Positions 18,530 through 29,925 of a stretch of 64,000 bases of DNA are shown here, piece by piece. This DNA comes from an uncultured Acidobacteriota bacterium (GTDB lineage Bacteria; Acidobacteriota; UBA6911). Location: positions 416,001 to 480,000 of the forward strand of contig CAWJKZ010000010.1 in the NCBI GenBank assembly GCA_963843575.1, written 5' to 3'. Below the pieces are notes generated by a model. It did not search any database. It was not told the DNA's origin and worked only from the letters and a program-made list of their open reading frames with translations. The stretch's first letter is position 1, and the number at the start of each line of letters is the position of its first letter. The translations under genes were made by a program, and so were the position numbers.

Positions 18530-19342
18530 CTAGGGAGAGGCCGGGAAGCCGAGGCGGCCGAGTCCGGGCAGCCGCAGCGCGGGCGGGTTCAGGTCGATCC
18601 CGGCGCCGAGCCCTATCACGTCGAGCTCGAGGCCTTCGTCCAGCCCGAACGCGATGCCGGCCAACCCGCCGAGTGTAAGCTGCCAGCCCGTGCCGCTCGG
18701 GGTGCGGCTGAAGGCACCGTCGGCCGGGTAGTTCTTGCCGATGGCGGTGGCCGGCAGGTCCAGCCGCAGCTCGGGCACGCGCCGCGCCACGTGAGCGGTG
18801 AAGGTGTTGCTGTTCGGCCCGGGCCAGGCCACGTAGGTTTTTGGGTAGGGATAGTCGGCGGCGGCCGCGTAAATGCGGGGGATGGCCGCTTCAGCAGCTG
18901 CACCGCGCAGCTCGGCCAGGATCGTCGGCTCGTTGCCATACCAGCGGGTATCGGGTACGCCGGCCCCGGTCCGTACCGCCGGGAGACCGCGGTTTACACC
19001 CCAGCCGATCACCTCGAGACGCTCCCAGGATGTCGCCCCTGCCCTCTTCAGCGCAATCCACGTGTGCAGGGCGAAGATGCCGCGCCAGCTGTGGGTGCGA
19101 GCGGCATAGACCTGCACCAGGGCCTCCCGAGTCCGGGACGGATCAGGGGCCAAGCCTGTGGAGGAGCGGTCCGCCATCGACCAGTGTTCGTGCCGCCGGC
19201 CGTTGACGAAGTATGCGCCCGCACTGACGAGCACGGGCACGCAGTAAAGCAGGAACAACCCCGCAAGCAGGCGGTTTTGCAGCCGCCGACGTGGGCGCGC
19301 AGCGGGCGGGTTCGCCCGGGGGATCGCAGACGCTGTTGCCAA
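18530..19342 (-). CDS. DUF3750 domain protein
   Basis: [36 protein letters not shown]. Confidence 0.88.
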   Translation of the reverse strand: MATASAIPRANPPAARPRRRLQNRLLAGLFLLYCVPVLVSAGAYFVNGRRHEHWSMADRSSTGLAPDPSRTREALVQVYAARTHSWRGIFALHTWIALKRAGATSWERLEVIGWGVNRGLPAVRTGAGVPDTRWYGNEPTILAELRGAAAEAAIPRIYAAAADYPYPKTYVAWPGPNSNTFTAHVARRVPELRLDLPATAIGKNYPADGAFSRTPSGTGWQLTLGGLAGIAFGLDEGLELDVIGLGAGIDLNPPALRLPGLGRLGFPASP

Positions 19343-19499
19343 GGGTCACTCCCGCGACAAAGACCAAAGAGCCGAGGATTCGGCCAGAGGTCGGCGCCTC
19401 GCCGCCTCCACATTCTCTGGACAGGCAGAAATGATAGAATGTTTAGTTTGGAATCACAGAACTCAAGAATCAAGACCTGACCCCGCAGGAAGGACGATC

Positions 19500-20526
19500 A
19501 TGAAGGCACTGGTGAAGAAGGAAGCGAGACCGGGACTCTGGCTGGACGAGGTGCCTGAGCCCGAGATCGGGATCAACGACGTTCTGATCCGGGTGGCGAA
19601 AACAGGGATCTGCGGCACGGACCTTCACATCTACAAGTGGGACGAGTGGGCGCAGAAGACCATCCCGGTCCCGATGGTGGTGGGCCACGAGTTCGTGGGG
19701 ACGATCGTGAAGGTCGGATCCAACGTCTCGGATTTCCACCCGGGCGACATCGTCAGCGGAGAGGGGCACGTCGTGTGCGGCCGCTGCCGGAACTGCCTGG
19801 CCGGCCGCCGCCACCTGTGCGCCAAGACGCAGGGGATCGGCGTGAACCGCCCCGGGGCCTTCGCCGAGTACATCGCGCTCCCGATGACCAACATCTGGCG
19901 CCACCACCCGTCCATCGACCTCGACGTCGCTTCGATCTTCGACCCGTTCGGCAACGCGGTCCACACCGCCCTATCCTTCCCGGTCCTCGGCGAGGACGTC
20001 TTGATCACCGGGGCGGGGCCGATTGGCATCATGGCCGCCGCCGTCGTGAGGCACTCCGGCGCGCGGTTCGTGGTCATCACGGACGTCAATCCGTGGCGGC
20101 TCAAGCTGGCCGAGAAGCTGGGGGTCACGATGGCGGTCGACTCCCGCACGAAACGGCTCGCCGAGGTGCAGAAAGAGCTCGGCATGCAGGAGGGGTTCGA
20201 CGTTGGGCTCGAGATGTCCGGAAACGAGTCCGCCTTCCAGGAGATGCTCGCCAACATGAGCCACGGCGCCCGGATCGCCATGCTGGGCATCCCGTCCAAG
20301 CCGATCTCCATCGACTGGAACGAGGTGATTTTCAACATGCTCACCATCAAGGGAATCTACGGGCGCGAGATGTACGAGACCTGGTACAAGATGACCGTGA
20401 TGATCCAGTCCGGCTTGGACATCCGCCCGGTGATCACACACCGCCTCGCCCACACGCGAGTTCGAAGAGGGCCTGCAGGCCATGGCCACCGGCGAAGCCG
20501 GCAAGGTGGTCCTCGATTGGCGGTAG
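19500..20526 (+). CDS. tdh: L-threonine 3-dehydrogenase (1-nt frameshift near 20452, probably sequencing error)
   Basis: [16 protein letters not shown], structural Zn cysteines, [15 protein letters not shown]-terminus [21 protein letters not shown] is in another frame. Confidence 0.95.
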
Positions 20527-20539
20527 CGCCCGGAAGTCT

Positions 20540-20905
20540 TCAGTCGCGGATCACGACGTGGGCCGCAAACGAAACCAGGCTGATGACGATGCCGCCCAGC
20601 AGGGCCGCCCAGAAGCTGTCCACGTCGAAGGCGATCCCGAGCGAGCGGCCCGCCAGCGCCGTGACGCGCAGCAGGAGCGCGTTGATCACCAGGAGAAAGA
20701 ACCCCAGGGTGAGCAGCACGAGAGGGCACGTCAGGAAAGTGAGCAGCGGCTTGAGCACTGCGTTGATCAGGCCAAAAATCAAGGCAAGCGCCAGGAAACC
20801 CAATACGCCGCCGCGATAGTGCAGACCGGGGACGAGGTAAATCGCCGCCAGCAGCCCCGTTGCGCTGACAAGCCACCGCGATAAGAATGAGTTCCTTGCC
20901 CGCAT
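20540..20905 (-). CDS. 4-TM membrane protein, YvlD/phage holin family 4
   Basis: [31 protein letters not shown]. Confidence 0.88.
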   Translation of the reverse strand: MRARNSFLSRWLVSATGLLAAIYLVPGLHYRGGVLGFLALALIFGLINAVLKPLLTFLTCPLVLLTLGFFLLVINALLLRVTALAGRSLGIAFDVDSFWAALLGGIVISLVSFAAHVVIRD

Positions 20906-21046
20906 CGCCGATCCCCTTCTCCTGCGCCTGATTATAAACCATCCGCGACGACGCTGAACCTTGAACACTCCAAACGCGTCTTATACACTCAGGTTGCGCC
21001 GCTTTGAACAAACAACCGCCAATGCGCACGCTTCGAAAAGGCTGAT

Positions 21047-24000
21047 TTGATGCGACACCTATCGGTCCGGGCAGCAGTGTTCATCCTGGGTCTGCTCTTG
21101 CCTCAACTGTGTGTTTCCAAAAACAACCACCCGAAAAAAACCAACGACGTCTTCATCTGCGGGACGAGCGCCGAGCGTGAGATAAACGCCCTGATCTCCG
21201 GCAGGTACCAGGAGGACTCCCAGCGCCGACAGAGACTGGCGCGCGGTCGCGTGCCGCTCGCGGCGGAAGCGGCGGCCGCCGCATTCGACAGCGGAGACGT
21301 TGCCGTCATCGAGGACGACGGCACCATTATCCGGCAGCCCAACCCGTTCGACCTCAGCGGCAGGTCGTTCCGCTTCGAGCCCGCTTCGGCGAACTCGTAC
21401 CGCGTCGTGGCGACTTCGACGGGTTTCAACGCCGCCGGCGGCACGACGCTCCGGCTCGCGGACGACGATACGGTCGCCCGCAATCTCGGGTTCGACTTTA
21501 CCTTTTACGGGAAGAGTTACACAACCATCCAACTCAACTCGGATGGGAACTTGACCTTCGGCCAGGGGGACGTGTCCACGTCGGATCGGGACCTCGGCAG
21601 GTTCGTCTCCGGCCCGCCGCGCATCGGGCCGTTTTTCGCGGATCTGGACCCTTCGAGAGGGGCGATTCTCGTCCGCGACGAGTCGGACGGGGTCGTCTTC
21701 GTGTGGAGCTCCGTGCCGCAGTTCAGCGAGTCCGGATCCAACCAGTACAACAACTTCAGCGCCAAGCTCTACCGGAACGGCAATATCGAATTCGTTTACG
21801 GCACCCAGGTCGACAGCACCGAATCGATCGTCGGGATCTCGCCGGGCGGGAATCAGGACGGCATCCAGGCCATCAGCTACGGCTCCGACCTTCCCACCGC
21901 CGCGCTCGCCGGCTCCATCGCCGAGTCCTTCGCCACCCAGATGGTGCTCTCGGAAACAGCCGCCGCGAAGAAGTTCTTCCAGACCCACCCCGACTCGTTC
22001 GACCACCTGAACCTGTTCCTCGCGTTCGACTACGACCTGGGAGGCAACGCCTATGCCTACGAACTCAACGTGAAAAACGAGATCGAAGGGATCGGGCTCG
22101 GGACGGCCGATCACAGCACGGAGTACGGAAGCAATCACCGGCTGCGCAGCTTCCTGAACATGGGGACGCTGACGGGGCCCTTCCGTTACCCGAGCGACCC
22201 TAACCAAGTCTTTCTCGGGACGAACAGCACCCTCGGGCTGATGGGACAGGAGTCGGGCCACAGGTGGCTGGCCTTCACCCCGTTTCGCGACCAGGACACG
22301 GGCCAGAGTTCGACGTCCATCCTCGGCCGCGACCTGGCGCACTGGAGCTTCTTCATGGACTCGGACGGCTCCGTGATGGAGGGGAACGACATCGAGGATC
22401 GGGGAGCCGGCCAGGGATCGGCCCGTTTCCGGACCGTCGGCGCAACCGACACGTACAGCCTGCTGGACCAGTACATCATGGGGTTGAGGGGGAAGGAGGA
22501 CGTCCCCTCCATGTTTTTCGTCCAGGACCCAACCGGAACCAGCAAGCAGGCAGCCAGCAACCCGTCGATCGGGGTGACGTTCGGGGGCACTCGCCGGGAT
22601 TTCACGGTCGATCAGATCATTTCCGCGAACGGGACGCGCGTCCCGTCCGTTTTCCAGGCGCCGAAGGTTTTCAGGCAGGGCTTTGTCCTGCTGACCCAGC
22701 GCGGACAGACCGCGACACAGGAGCAGATTCAGAAGGTGCAGCGGATCCGGGACGCGTGGGTCTCGTTCTTCAACCGGGAGACACAGGGACACGGTTGGAT
22801 TTTGACCGACCTCCAGGACACACCCGGGACGACGCCCGCCCGCCTGCTGTTTCCCTATTTTCACGGCAATGCCCAGCGCTTCACCGGCATCGCCCTGGCA
22901 AACTGGGGCTCGACCCCGGCCGACGTGACGCTCCAGGCCTACGACAACAACGGGAGCCCGATCGCCAGCCCCTCGAATATCATCAACCCGCGGGTCCTCA
23001 CGATCTCTCCCGGCGCGCAGACCGCCATGCTGGCCGAGCAGATCCTCGGTCTCTCCCTCAGCGACCCGAGGGACGGCTGGATCGCAGCCGACTCCACCAG
23101 CAGCCAGGTCACCGGTTTCTTCCTCGACCAGGACGTCGACCTGAAACTCATGGACGGGGCCGTGGCCGCTGGCGCCACCGCGACGAACCTGATCTTCGAT
23201 CGGGCACAACAGGGACCGGGCATATTCGGGAACCAGGCTCTGCGCAACCTCATCAACGTGGTCAATCCCAACCCGGGCGAAGTGCAGCTGACCTTCAAGC
23301 TGGTCAACGACCGGGGGAGCGACGACGCCAGCGCTTCGGCCACCCTGGGCGGAAACGCCCGGCTGTCGCAGGACTTAACCGCGCTGTTCCCGGGCAGCGG
23401 CGCACGCCAGTCCGGGTACGTCCGGTTGACCAGCAGCGGCGGCGTGGTGGGGTACCAGTCCGTGGAGACCGGGGCCGATTTGTTCGCGCTCCCCGCCCAG
23501 GCGCCGTCGGGCGCGACCCGGCTCTACTCCGCGCAGTTTGCCTCCGGCGGCGTGAGGGGGGTCCAGTACTTCACCGACCTCAACTTCATCAACACCTCCG
23601 CCCAAAGCAGGAGCGTTCAGGTTCTGCTGGTAGGCAACAACGGCGTCCCGGTCGCGGGAATAACGAACCCGGCGACGATCCAGCTCGGTCCGGGCCAGCA
23701 GTCCCGCAGCAGGGGAGACGCCGTCTTCGGACTCCCCGACCCTGCCGTGTCGCCCACCGTCGTCGAGGGATCGCTCGTGGTCACCGCCGATGGCCCCGGG
23801 ATCGTCGGTGATGTCGTATTCGGGGACGCCCTGAACCAGAAGTTCATCGCGAGCCTGCCCCTGGATTCCAGCCCCGCCTCGAACATGGTCCTGTCGCAGG
23901 TGGCCCAGGGGAGCCCTAATGCGGGCAAGCCTTATTTCACGGGGGTGGCGCTCTACAATCCAAACAGCACGGCGGTGCAGGTAACGCTGGACGTCTACTC

Positions 24001-24217
24001 CGAGCAGGGCACAAAGACCGGCTCGGGTATAGTCTCGCTTGGCGCGGGGAACCGCACCTCGCGCACGCTCCCGGAACTGGTGCCTGCCATTTCCAATCAG
24101 GTGCGCGGCTTCATCCGGCTGACGTCGAGCGGCGGCCCGGTGGTCGCGTTCGAACTGTTCGGCGATCAGGCGCAGGACTTCCTCGCAGCCGTGCCGCCCC
24201 AGCCCATCCAGCCGTAA
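21047..24217 (+). CDS. Large secreted protein: NIDO-like domain, metzincin-like region (QESGH), repeated C-terminal beta domains
   Basis: Signal peptide; LADDD...FDFTFYG...NSDGNLTF...PFFADLDP; QESGHRW...HWS...SVM; repeated TGIALAN/TGVALYNPN modules. Confidence 0.7.
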   Translation: MMRHLSVRAAVFILGLLLPQLCVSKNNHPKKTNDVFICGTSAEREINALISGRYQEDSQRRQRLARGRVPLAAEAAAAAFDSGDVAVIEDDGTIIRQPNPFDLSGRSFRFEPASANSYRVVATSTGFNAAGGTTLRLADDDTVARNLGFDFTFYGKSYTTIQLNSDGNLTFGQGDVSTSDRDLGRFVSGPPRIGPFFADLDPSRGAILVRDESDGVVFVWSSVPQFSESGSNQYNNFSAKLYRNGNIEFVYGTQVDSTESIVGISPGGNQDGIQAISYGSDLPTAALAGSIAESFATQMVLSETAAAKKFFQTHPDSFDHLNLFLAFDYDLGGNAYAYELNVKNEIEGIGLGTADHSTEYGSNHRLRSFLNMGTLTGPFRYPSDPNQVFLGTNSTLGLMGQESGHRWLAFTPFRDQDTGQSSTSILGRDLAHWSFFMDSDGSVMEGNDIEDRGAGQGSARFRTVGATDTYSLLDQYIMGLRGKEDVPSMFFVQDPTGTSKQAASNPSIGVTFGGTRRDFTVDQIISANGTRVPSVFQAPKVFRQGFVLLTQRGQTATQEQIQKVQRIRDAWVSFFNRETQGHGWILTDLQDTPGTTPARLLFPYFHGNAQRFTGIALANWGSTPADVTLQAYDNNGSPIASPSNIINPRVLTISPGAQTAMLAEQILGLSLSDPRDGWIAADSTSSQVTGFFLDQDVDLKLMDGAVAAGATATNLIFDRAQQGPGIFGNQALRNLINVVNPNPGEVQLTFKLVNDRGSDDASASATLGGNARLSQDLTALFPGSGARQSGYVRLTSSGGVVGYQSVETGADLFALPAQAPSGATRLYSAQFASGGVRGVQYFTDLNFINTSAQSRSVQVLLVGNNGVPVAGITNPATIQLGPGQQSRSRGDAVFGLPDPAVSPTVVEGSLVVTADGPGIVGDVVFGDALNQKFIASLPLDSSPASNMVLSQVAQGSPNAGKPYFTGVALYNPNSTAVQVTLDVYSEQGTKTGSGIVSLGAGNRTSRTLPELVPAISNQVRGFIRLTSSGGPVVAFELFGDQAQDFLAAVPPQPIQP

Positions 24218-24218
24218 A

Positions 24219-24293
24219 GTGGGCCGCGTCGGCTCGACGCGGCCCCCGTTTCCTTCACCTCCCTCGGGCGGGGTCGGGCCGACCCCCGCCCAC
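24219..24293. repeat. REP family C pair / possible terminator
   Basis: GTGGGCCGCGTCGGCTCGACGCGGCCC and GGGCGGGGTCGGGCCGACCCCCGCCCAC right after the stop codon. Confidence 0.6.
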
Positions 24294-24340
24294 CACAAAG
24301 CTTCTGCCGCTGTCTTCCGCGGTGGCTCTATAATGCGGTA

Positions 24341-26589
24341 ATGCGGACAAAAGCGAACCTCTGCGCCCTTGTCGTGGTGTGCGTCCTCTGGCTGCCCCCG
24401 GCGCTCCAAGCCCAGGAGGAAGGCCGCGTCACCCTCGCCTTGAACGGCACGTGGGAGTTCGACCAGACCCGGGACGCGTTTCCGCCCCGGCAATTCACCC
24501 GCCGGATCACGGTTCCGGGACTGATCCACATGGCCGAGCCGAAGGTGGACCAATACGACATCTTTTTCGCCAAACCGGAGAAGGTGGAGAGCGTCGGCGA
24601 GCATGACCTCTCGAAACTGCACTACGAACCGCGGTACAGCTGGTACCGGCGGACCGTCATGCTCCCGGAGCAGCTTCGGGATCGGCATGCCGTGATCAGC
24701 CTGCTCAAGAGCCAGTACGTGACCCAGGTCTACGTCAATCGCATGGACGTCGGTTCGTCGATGGCGTGCTACACGCCGGTCGAATTCCCCGTGAGCCACG
24801 TCCTCAAATTCGGACAGGAGAACGAAATCCTCATCCGGGTCGGCGACCGCGCCTGGCTGCCCAGCCAGGCGGCCGGCAGCACGGACAAGGAGAAGGTGAA
24901 TTACCTTCCCGGCATCTGGGACGACGTCTCCCTCTCGTTCACAGGCACGTTTCGGGTTCACCGAGTTCTGATGCTCCCCTCTCTTCGAGACAAAAAGGTG
25001 ACGGCCAAACTCCTGATCCGGAGTTTTCTCCCGGCGCAGACCCTCTACGGCGCCGCCACGAACGATTCGTGCGACGTCACAGTCGATATCCGCGAGAAGC
25101 GCGGGGGAGGCGTGATCGCTTCCGGGACGCGCAGGGAGGTCGCGGTCAAACGCGACAACCTCACGGAGGTCGCCCTGGACATCCCGATGCCGGACGCCCG
25201 TCTCTGGACCCCCGACGATCCGTTTCTCTACACCGCGGAGATCGGCCTGAGCGGATCCGGCCGGAAAAGCGACGTCAGACGCGTCCACTTCGGGATGCGG
25301 GAATTCGGGCGCCAGGGAAAACACTTCACCCTGAACGGGCAGAAGATCATTCTGCGCGGCACCAACATCACCCTGCACCGCTTCTTCGAAGACCCGGAGT
25401 GCGAGGGACTGCCCTGGGACCGCGCCTGGGTCAAGAGGCTCATGGCCGACATCCCAAAACAACTCCACTGGAACGCCATGCGCGTCTGCGTCGGGATCGC
25501 CCCGGATTTCTGGTACGACATCGCCGACGAGTCCGGACTCCTGCTCCAGAACGAATGGCTCTATTGGCAGAATCACGGCTGGGACGACCAGATCCGCGCC
25601 GAGTACACCGACTGGGTCTGGAACGACGGCAATCACCCGAGCATCGCCATCTGGGACGCGATAAACGAAAACTGGGACCCGTTCATCGGCAACGTGCTGA
25701 TCCCGGACCTCAAGAAACTCGACCCCACGCGCATATGGGACGCCGGGTATATGACCTCGGACCATATGCAGCTCGACGAGATGGACGAGCCCCACCCCTA
25801 CATGGCCGCGGGTTGGGGCATGACGCTCGAACAATATGCCAAAGACCAGCAGGAAAGACCTTACCCGCTGGGCGACCTCGACGCGTGGCCGGACCAGTGG
25901 CGGAAAACCATCCAAAGCAGCGCAGCCCAGCTCGTCAACGAGTACGGCTGGATCTGGCTGTGGCGCGACGGTCGCCCGCCAAACTCACCGTGAACCAGTT
26001 CGACTATTTCGCCGGGAGGAACGCCACGCCCGCAGAGCGTCGGGAAATGCAGGCCTACTGGCTCCAGCTCGAGACGGAGTGGCTGAGGTCGGAACGGGCG
26101 CTGGCCGGAGTGCTGAGTTTCTGCTACCTGACCAACAATTACGGCTTCACCGGTGACTGGTTCGTCGGTCCCATCAAGGACCTCGCGCCGGGGCCGACCC
26201 TCGACTGGTTCCGCCACTGCTTCGCCCCCGTGGCCGTTTTTGTGAACCTGGCCGACGAGCGGTATGTGAAATCCCGGCCCCCGCACGCGCCCGGCTCAGT
26301 CCTGCTGTTCAACCTGGTCGGCGTTAACGATTTTCCACAGATGACGAGCGGGAAGGTAAGGGTGAGATTGCTGGATGCTTCAGCCAAGTCCGTAGCGGAA
26401 CAGACGGTGGACGCCTCCGTGCCTGGATACGGCAAATCCTACATCCCGGTGAGCCTGACCCTCCCCAAACAACCCGGCGGCTATCTCCTCCTGGCCGAGT
26501 TCACCCCATCCGGCGCAGCCGCCACCCAAAGCCGCCGCTACATACGAGTGGGGACGGACCAGGATAAACTTTTTAAATTCAGTAGGTAA
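24341..26589 (+). CDS. Glycoside hydrolase family 2 (frameshift near 25978)
   Basis: Signal peptide, LNGTWEF, PGIWDDV, LWTPDDPFLY, FGMREF, NHPSIAIWDAINE, NEYG. Continues in the frame of ORF 24766..26589. Confidence 0.88.
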
Positions 26590-26607
26590 TCGCGAAAACA
26601 CAGGAGG

Positions 26608-26860
26608 AAAAGGTCCTTATTTGCGTTTTTTGCCGGCATTTTCTGCAAATAAGCCGTCTGCCGTGGGACTGCGCAGTGCCCATCAGACCCGTGACCGGGT
26701 TGAAGTGCCGATGCAGCCTTGCCCGCGGTAGCAGGCCAGCCGCCGGCTCCGGTAGATCATCGGCCCTCACATGGGCATCGCTTATTTCAAGAAAAGAGGT
26801 GCAAAAAACGCAAATAAGGGCCTCTTTGGGGCTAGTTTTTTTGGTAACTCTTTGATTCTA
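26608..26860. mobile_element. MITE-like element with imperfect terminal inverted repeats and an adjacent IHF consensus site
   Basis: CCTTATTTGCGTTTTTTGC (26616-26633) versus GCAAAAAACGCAAATAAGG (26801-26819), extending imperfectly to about 50 bp. AATCAAAGAGTTA on the minus strand near 26846-26858. Confidence 0.5.
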
Positions 26861-26935
26861 GGCCGGTTGTCCTGGTCCGTCCCCGACTGTAATAATTTGG
26901 TGGGGGGTGCGTTATGGATGGTGAGGCGACCGGAT

Positions 26936-27439
26936 ATGGGAACAGCCAGCCAGCTTGAGATTATGAGCTCGTCAACGGAGTTCGCCGAACTGTACGAACG
27001 CCACTACGGCATCGTGTATCGCGCCGCCCTTCGCATCACGGGCAATCCCGCCGATGCGGAGGACGTCTTGCAGACGGTGTTTCTGCGCTTTCTGAACCAG
27101 GGGAGCCGTCTGCATTCGGCCGAGGTGTCCCAGGCGTACTTCAGGCGCGCGAGCGCCAACGCCGCCGTGGACTTGCTTCGGCGCAGGGTTTCGCATGCCG
27201 AATCCCCGTTCGACGACGCGGTCCCGCACGGTGGCACGGAAAACCAGGCGCTCCTGAAGGAGAGGCTGAGACGAGCGATTGCGACCCTCGAGCAGAGCGA
27301 CGCGGTCCTGTTTCTTTTGCGCTACGTCGAGGGGCTCTCCAACGGGGAGCTCGCCGCGCTGTTCGGGCTGGAGAAGAACAATGTGGCGGTTCGGCTGCAC
27401 CGCATCCGGCAGGCGCTTCAGGCGGAAATGGAGCGTTAG
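26936..27439 (+). CDS. ECF RNA polymerase sigma factor
   Basis: FAELYERH, DAEDVLQTVF, region 4 LRYVEGLSNGELA...VAVRLHR. Confidence 0.93.
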   Translation: MGTASQLEIMSSSTEFAELYERHYGIVYRAALRITGNPADAEDVLQTVFLRFLNQGSRLHSAEVSQAYFRRASANAAVDLLRRRVSHAESPFDDAVPHGGTENQALLKERLRRAIATLEQSDAVLFLLRYVEGLSNGELAALFGLEKNNVAVRLHRIRQALQAEMER

Positions 27440-27453
27440 ACAGGAGGTCGGCG

Positions 27454-29925
27454 ATGTCCGAAGATCGTTTGGAAAAGGCTTTGGAGGGAATGCGGGACGA
27501 AAACGTCACCCCCGAGCAACTGGCCGGGGCGAGAACCCGAGTCTGGGAGAAGCTGGGGAGCCCGAGCCTGAGCGTTTGCGCGGAGTTTGAGCCCGGTTTC
27601 GGCGCATACCTGGAGGGACGGCTCAACGAAAACCGCCGTCTCCTGACGGAAGACCACCTCAGCCGCTGCACGCATTGCCGGGCGCAGCTTGCCGCGCTGC
27701 GGGGCGAGCAGAAGGCGATCCCGCTGCCGCCGCACAAGATTTCCCGTTGGTTCCGGGCTGCTGCCTGGGCTGGGGCTGCCGCGATGATCATGGTGGCGCT
27801 CTACCTGGGCCGCGACCGCATCGACTCGCTGCTGGCGCCGAGCGGCCCGCGTGCCACGGTCGCTTCGGTAAGCGGGGCGCTGTACCGCGTGCCGACGGGC
27901 GCGCTGCTCCCCGGCTCCGCCATCGCGGACGGCGAGACCGTGCGCACCGGGCCCGGTGCCCGCGCGGTGTTGCGGCTGGCCGACGGCTCGCTCGTGGACG
28001 TCAACGAACGCACCGAACTGTTTGTGCGCGCCGCGTGGAGCGGCCAGTCTGTCCACCTCCAACGTGGCGACGTGATCGTCCAGGCGGCCAAGCAACGGCG
28101 CGGCCACCTGCGGGTCCAAACCCGGGATTCGCTGGCGTCGGTCAAGGGAACGGTGTTTGCCGTTTCCGCGGGGCTCGGCGGCACGGTCGTCTCGGTGGTC
28201 GAAGGCTCGGTATCGGTGACACAACCCAGCGGTGAGGTCGTGCTGCGCCCGGGCGAGCAGGCCGCCTCAAACCCGGCCCTGGCACTCTCCGTGCAGGATG
28301 CGGTCTCGTGGAGCCCGGACGCGGAAAACTACGCGGCACTGCTCGCCTCCTTCGCCAAGATCGAGAAGGAGATCGCCGGGCTGCCCGCCCCGGCGCCGCG
28401 CACCGGGAGCCACCTGGTGCAGTTCCTGCCGTCAAACACGGTGCTCTACGGCGCGGTCCCCAACCCGGGCGGCACCATCGCCCAGGCGGTGGTGCTGGCC
28501 GAGCAGCAGTCGGCCGAAAACCCGGTCTTCCGCGACTGGTGGAATTCGGGCACCGGCCAAGAACTGAAGCGGCTGATCGACCGGATCCAGACGGTGACGC
28601 CACTGCTCGGCGACGAGATCGTCTTCGGCTTCGTGGCGGGTGCCTCAGGGGCGAACGACCAGATCCCAATGGTGATGGCCGAGCTGCAGCCGGGGAAAGC
28701 GACCGAGCTGGCGGCCGCCCTGGACGCGTTGCGCAATGAAGCAGGCGGGATTCCTTTGCCGTATACTCTCGCCGACAACCTGATGGTGGCTTCCGATTCG
28801 CAACCGCACCTGCAGTGGGTGGTAGAGCACCTCGGAGAGGGGGCATCTACGCCGTTTGCGGAGGCGATCGCCGCGCGTTACTCGCGCGGGGCCGGCTGGC
28901 TGCTGGGTATGGACATAGGGCCGGCACTCCCGGCGGCCCCCGGCGTCGCCGAGGCAGAGCTGACGGGTGCACGGCAGATGAGGCATCTTTTCGTGGAGCA
29001 GCGCAACGTGCGGGGCGCGGAGGAAAATGAAGTGACCCTTACGTTCAACGGTCCGCGCATGGGCATGGCCTCGTGGCTGGCCAGCGCCGGTTCGGGCGGA
29101 GCGGCCGAGTATATTTCCGCCGACGCCGTCTGCGCCCTTTACGCCTCCACGCGGGAACCGAAACAGCTTTTCGACGAGCTCACGGCGCAGTTCGCGAGCT
29201 CGGGCTCATCCGACGCGGAGGGCTTCGCCGCGGTAGAGTCAAAGCTCGGGCCCGGTTTCGCCGGCGCCCTGGCCGCCTCCTTCGGGACCGAGTCGGCATT
29301 CGCACTGGAAGGATTCGCGGTGACCGGGCCCGTGTGGGTCCTGGCCGCGCTCGTCAACGATCCGGCGACGGTCGACGGCTCGGTCCAAAGGCTGGTGGAG
29401 GTGTTCAACGCGGAGCTGGCCCCGGAGAATCGGGCCAGGCAGATCGTGCTCACGCAGGAAACCGTCGACGGGCGCCGCTGGACGACCATGAAGACTGGCC
29501 TGTCCCCGCTTTCGGCCACCTGGACGTATGACGGGGGTTACCTTGTAGCCGCGTCCGACCGCGCCGCGGCGCAGCGCGCCATCGCGACCCGCAACGGCGG
29601 CTCGCCGCTGGTCTGGTCGGCTGCCTTCCAGCAGCAGTTGCCGTCGTCCGCCGCGCTGCACCCGTCGGCGTTCGCTTGGCTGAACACGAAGGGCGTCTTC
29701 CAGGATTTCGCCGCGCTGGTGTCGAACCCGACCCTCCAGCGGCTGCTGGCGGAGCGGGATCCGATCCTGGTGGCCTTCAACGGTACGACGGAACAAATCC
29801 ACGCCGCCAGCCGTACTCGGATATCGGGGCTGATCGTCGACGCAATGCTGCTGGAGGGCCTCGGCCGGGGTGGCACCGCGTCGCCGGCCGCGATCCTCCA
29901 GGGTGCTCGCCCAGGGACACGCTGA
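27454..29925 (+). CDS. Anti-sigma factor: ZAS zinc finger, TM, FecR domain, large C-terminal domain
   Basis: HLSRCTHC, TM helix, LRLADGS...SVKGTVFAV...VVEGSV. GGAGG RBS. Confidence 0.85.
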   Translation: MSEDRLEKALEGMRDENVTPEQLAGARTRVWEKLGSPSLSVCAEFEPGFGAYLEGRLNENRRLLTEDHLSRCTHCRAQLAALRGEQKAIPLPPHKISRWFRAAAWAGAAAMIMVALYLGRDRIDSLLAPSGPRATVASVSGALYRVPTGALLPGSAIADGETVRTGPGARAVLRLADGSLVDVNERTELFVRAAWSGQSVHLQRGDVIVQAAKQRRGHLRVQTRDSLASVKGTVFAVSAGLGGTVVSVVEGSVSVTQPSGEVVLRPGEQAASNPALALSVQDAVSWSPDAENYAALLASFAKIEKEIAGLPAPAPRTGSHLVQFLPSNTVLYGAVPNPGGTIAQAVVLAEQQSAENPVFRDWWNSGTGQELKRLIDRIQTVTPLLGDEIVFGFVAGASGANDQIPMVMAELQPGKATELAAALDALRNEAGGIPLPYTLADNLMVASDSQPHLQWVVEHLGEGASTPFAEAIAARYSRGAGWLLGMDIGPALPAAPGVAEAELTGARQMRHLFVEQRNVRGAEENEVTLTFNGPRMGMASWLASAGSGGAAEYISADAVCALYASTREPKQLFDELTAQFASSGSSDAEGFAAVESKLGPGFAGALAASFGTESAFALEGFAVTGPVWVLAALVNDPATVDGSVQRLVEVFNAELAPENRARQIVLTQETVDGRRWTTMKTGLSPLSATWTYDGGYLVAASDRAAAQRAIATRNGGSPLVWSAAFQQQLPSSAALHPSAFAWLNTKGVFQDFAALVSNPTLQRLLAERDPILVAFNGTTEQIHAASRTRISGLIVDAMLLEGLGRGGTASPAAILQGARPGTR

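Noticed and set aside
20540-20905. Prophage suggested by the 'phage holin' family label
   Set aside because: This family is a common chromosomal membrane protein and no phage genes are nearby.
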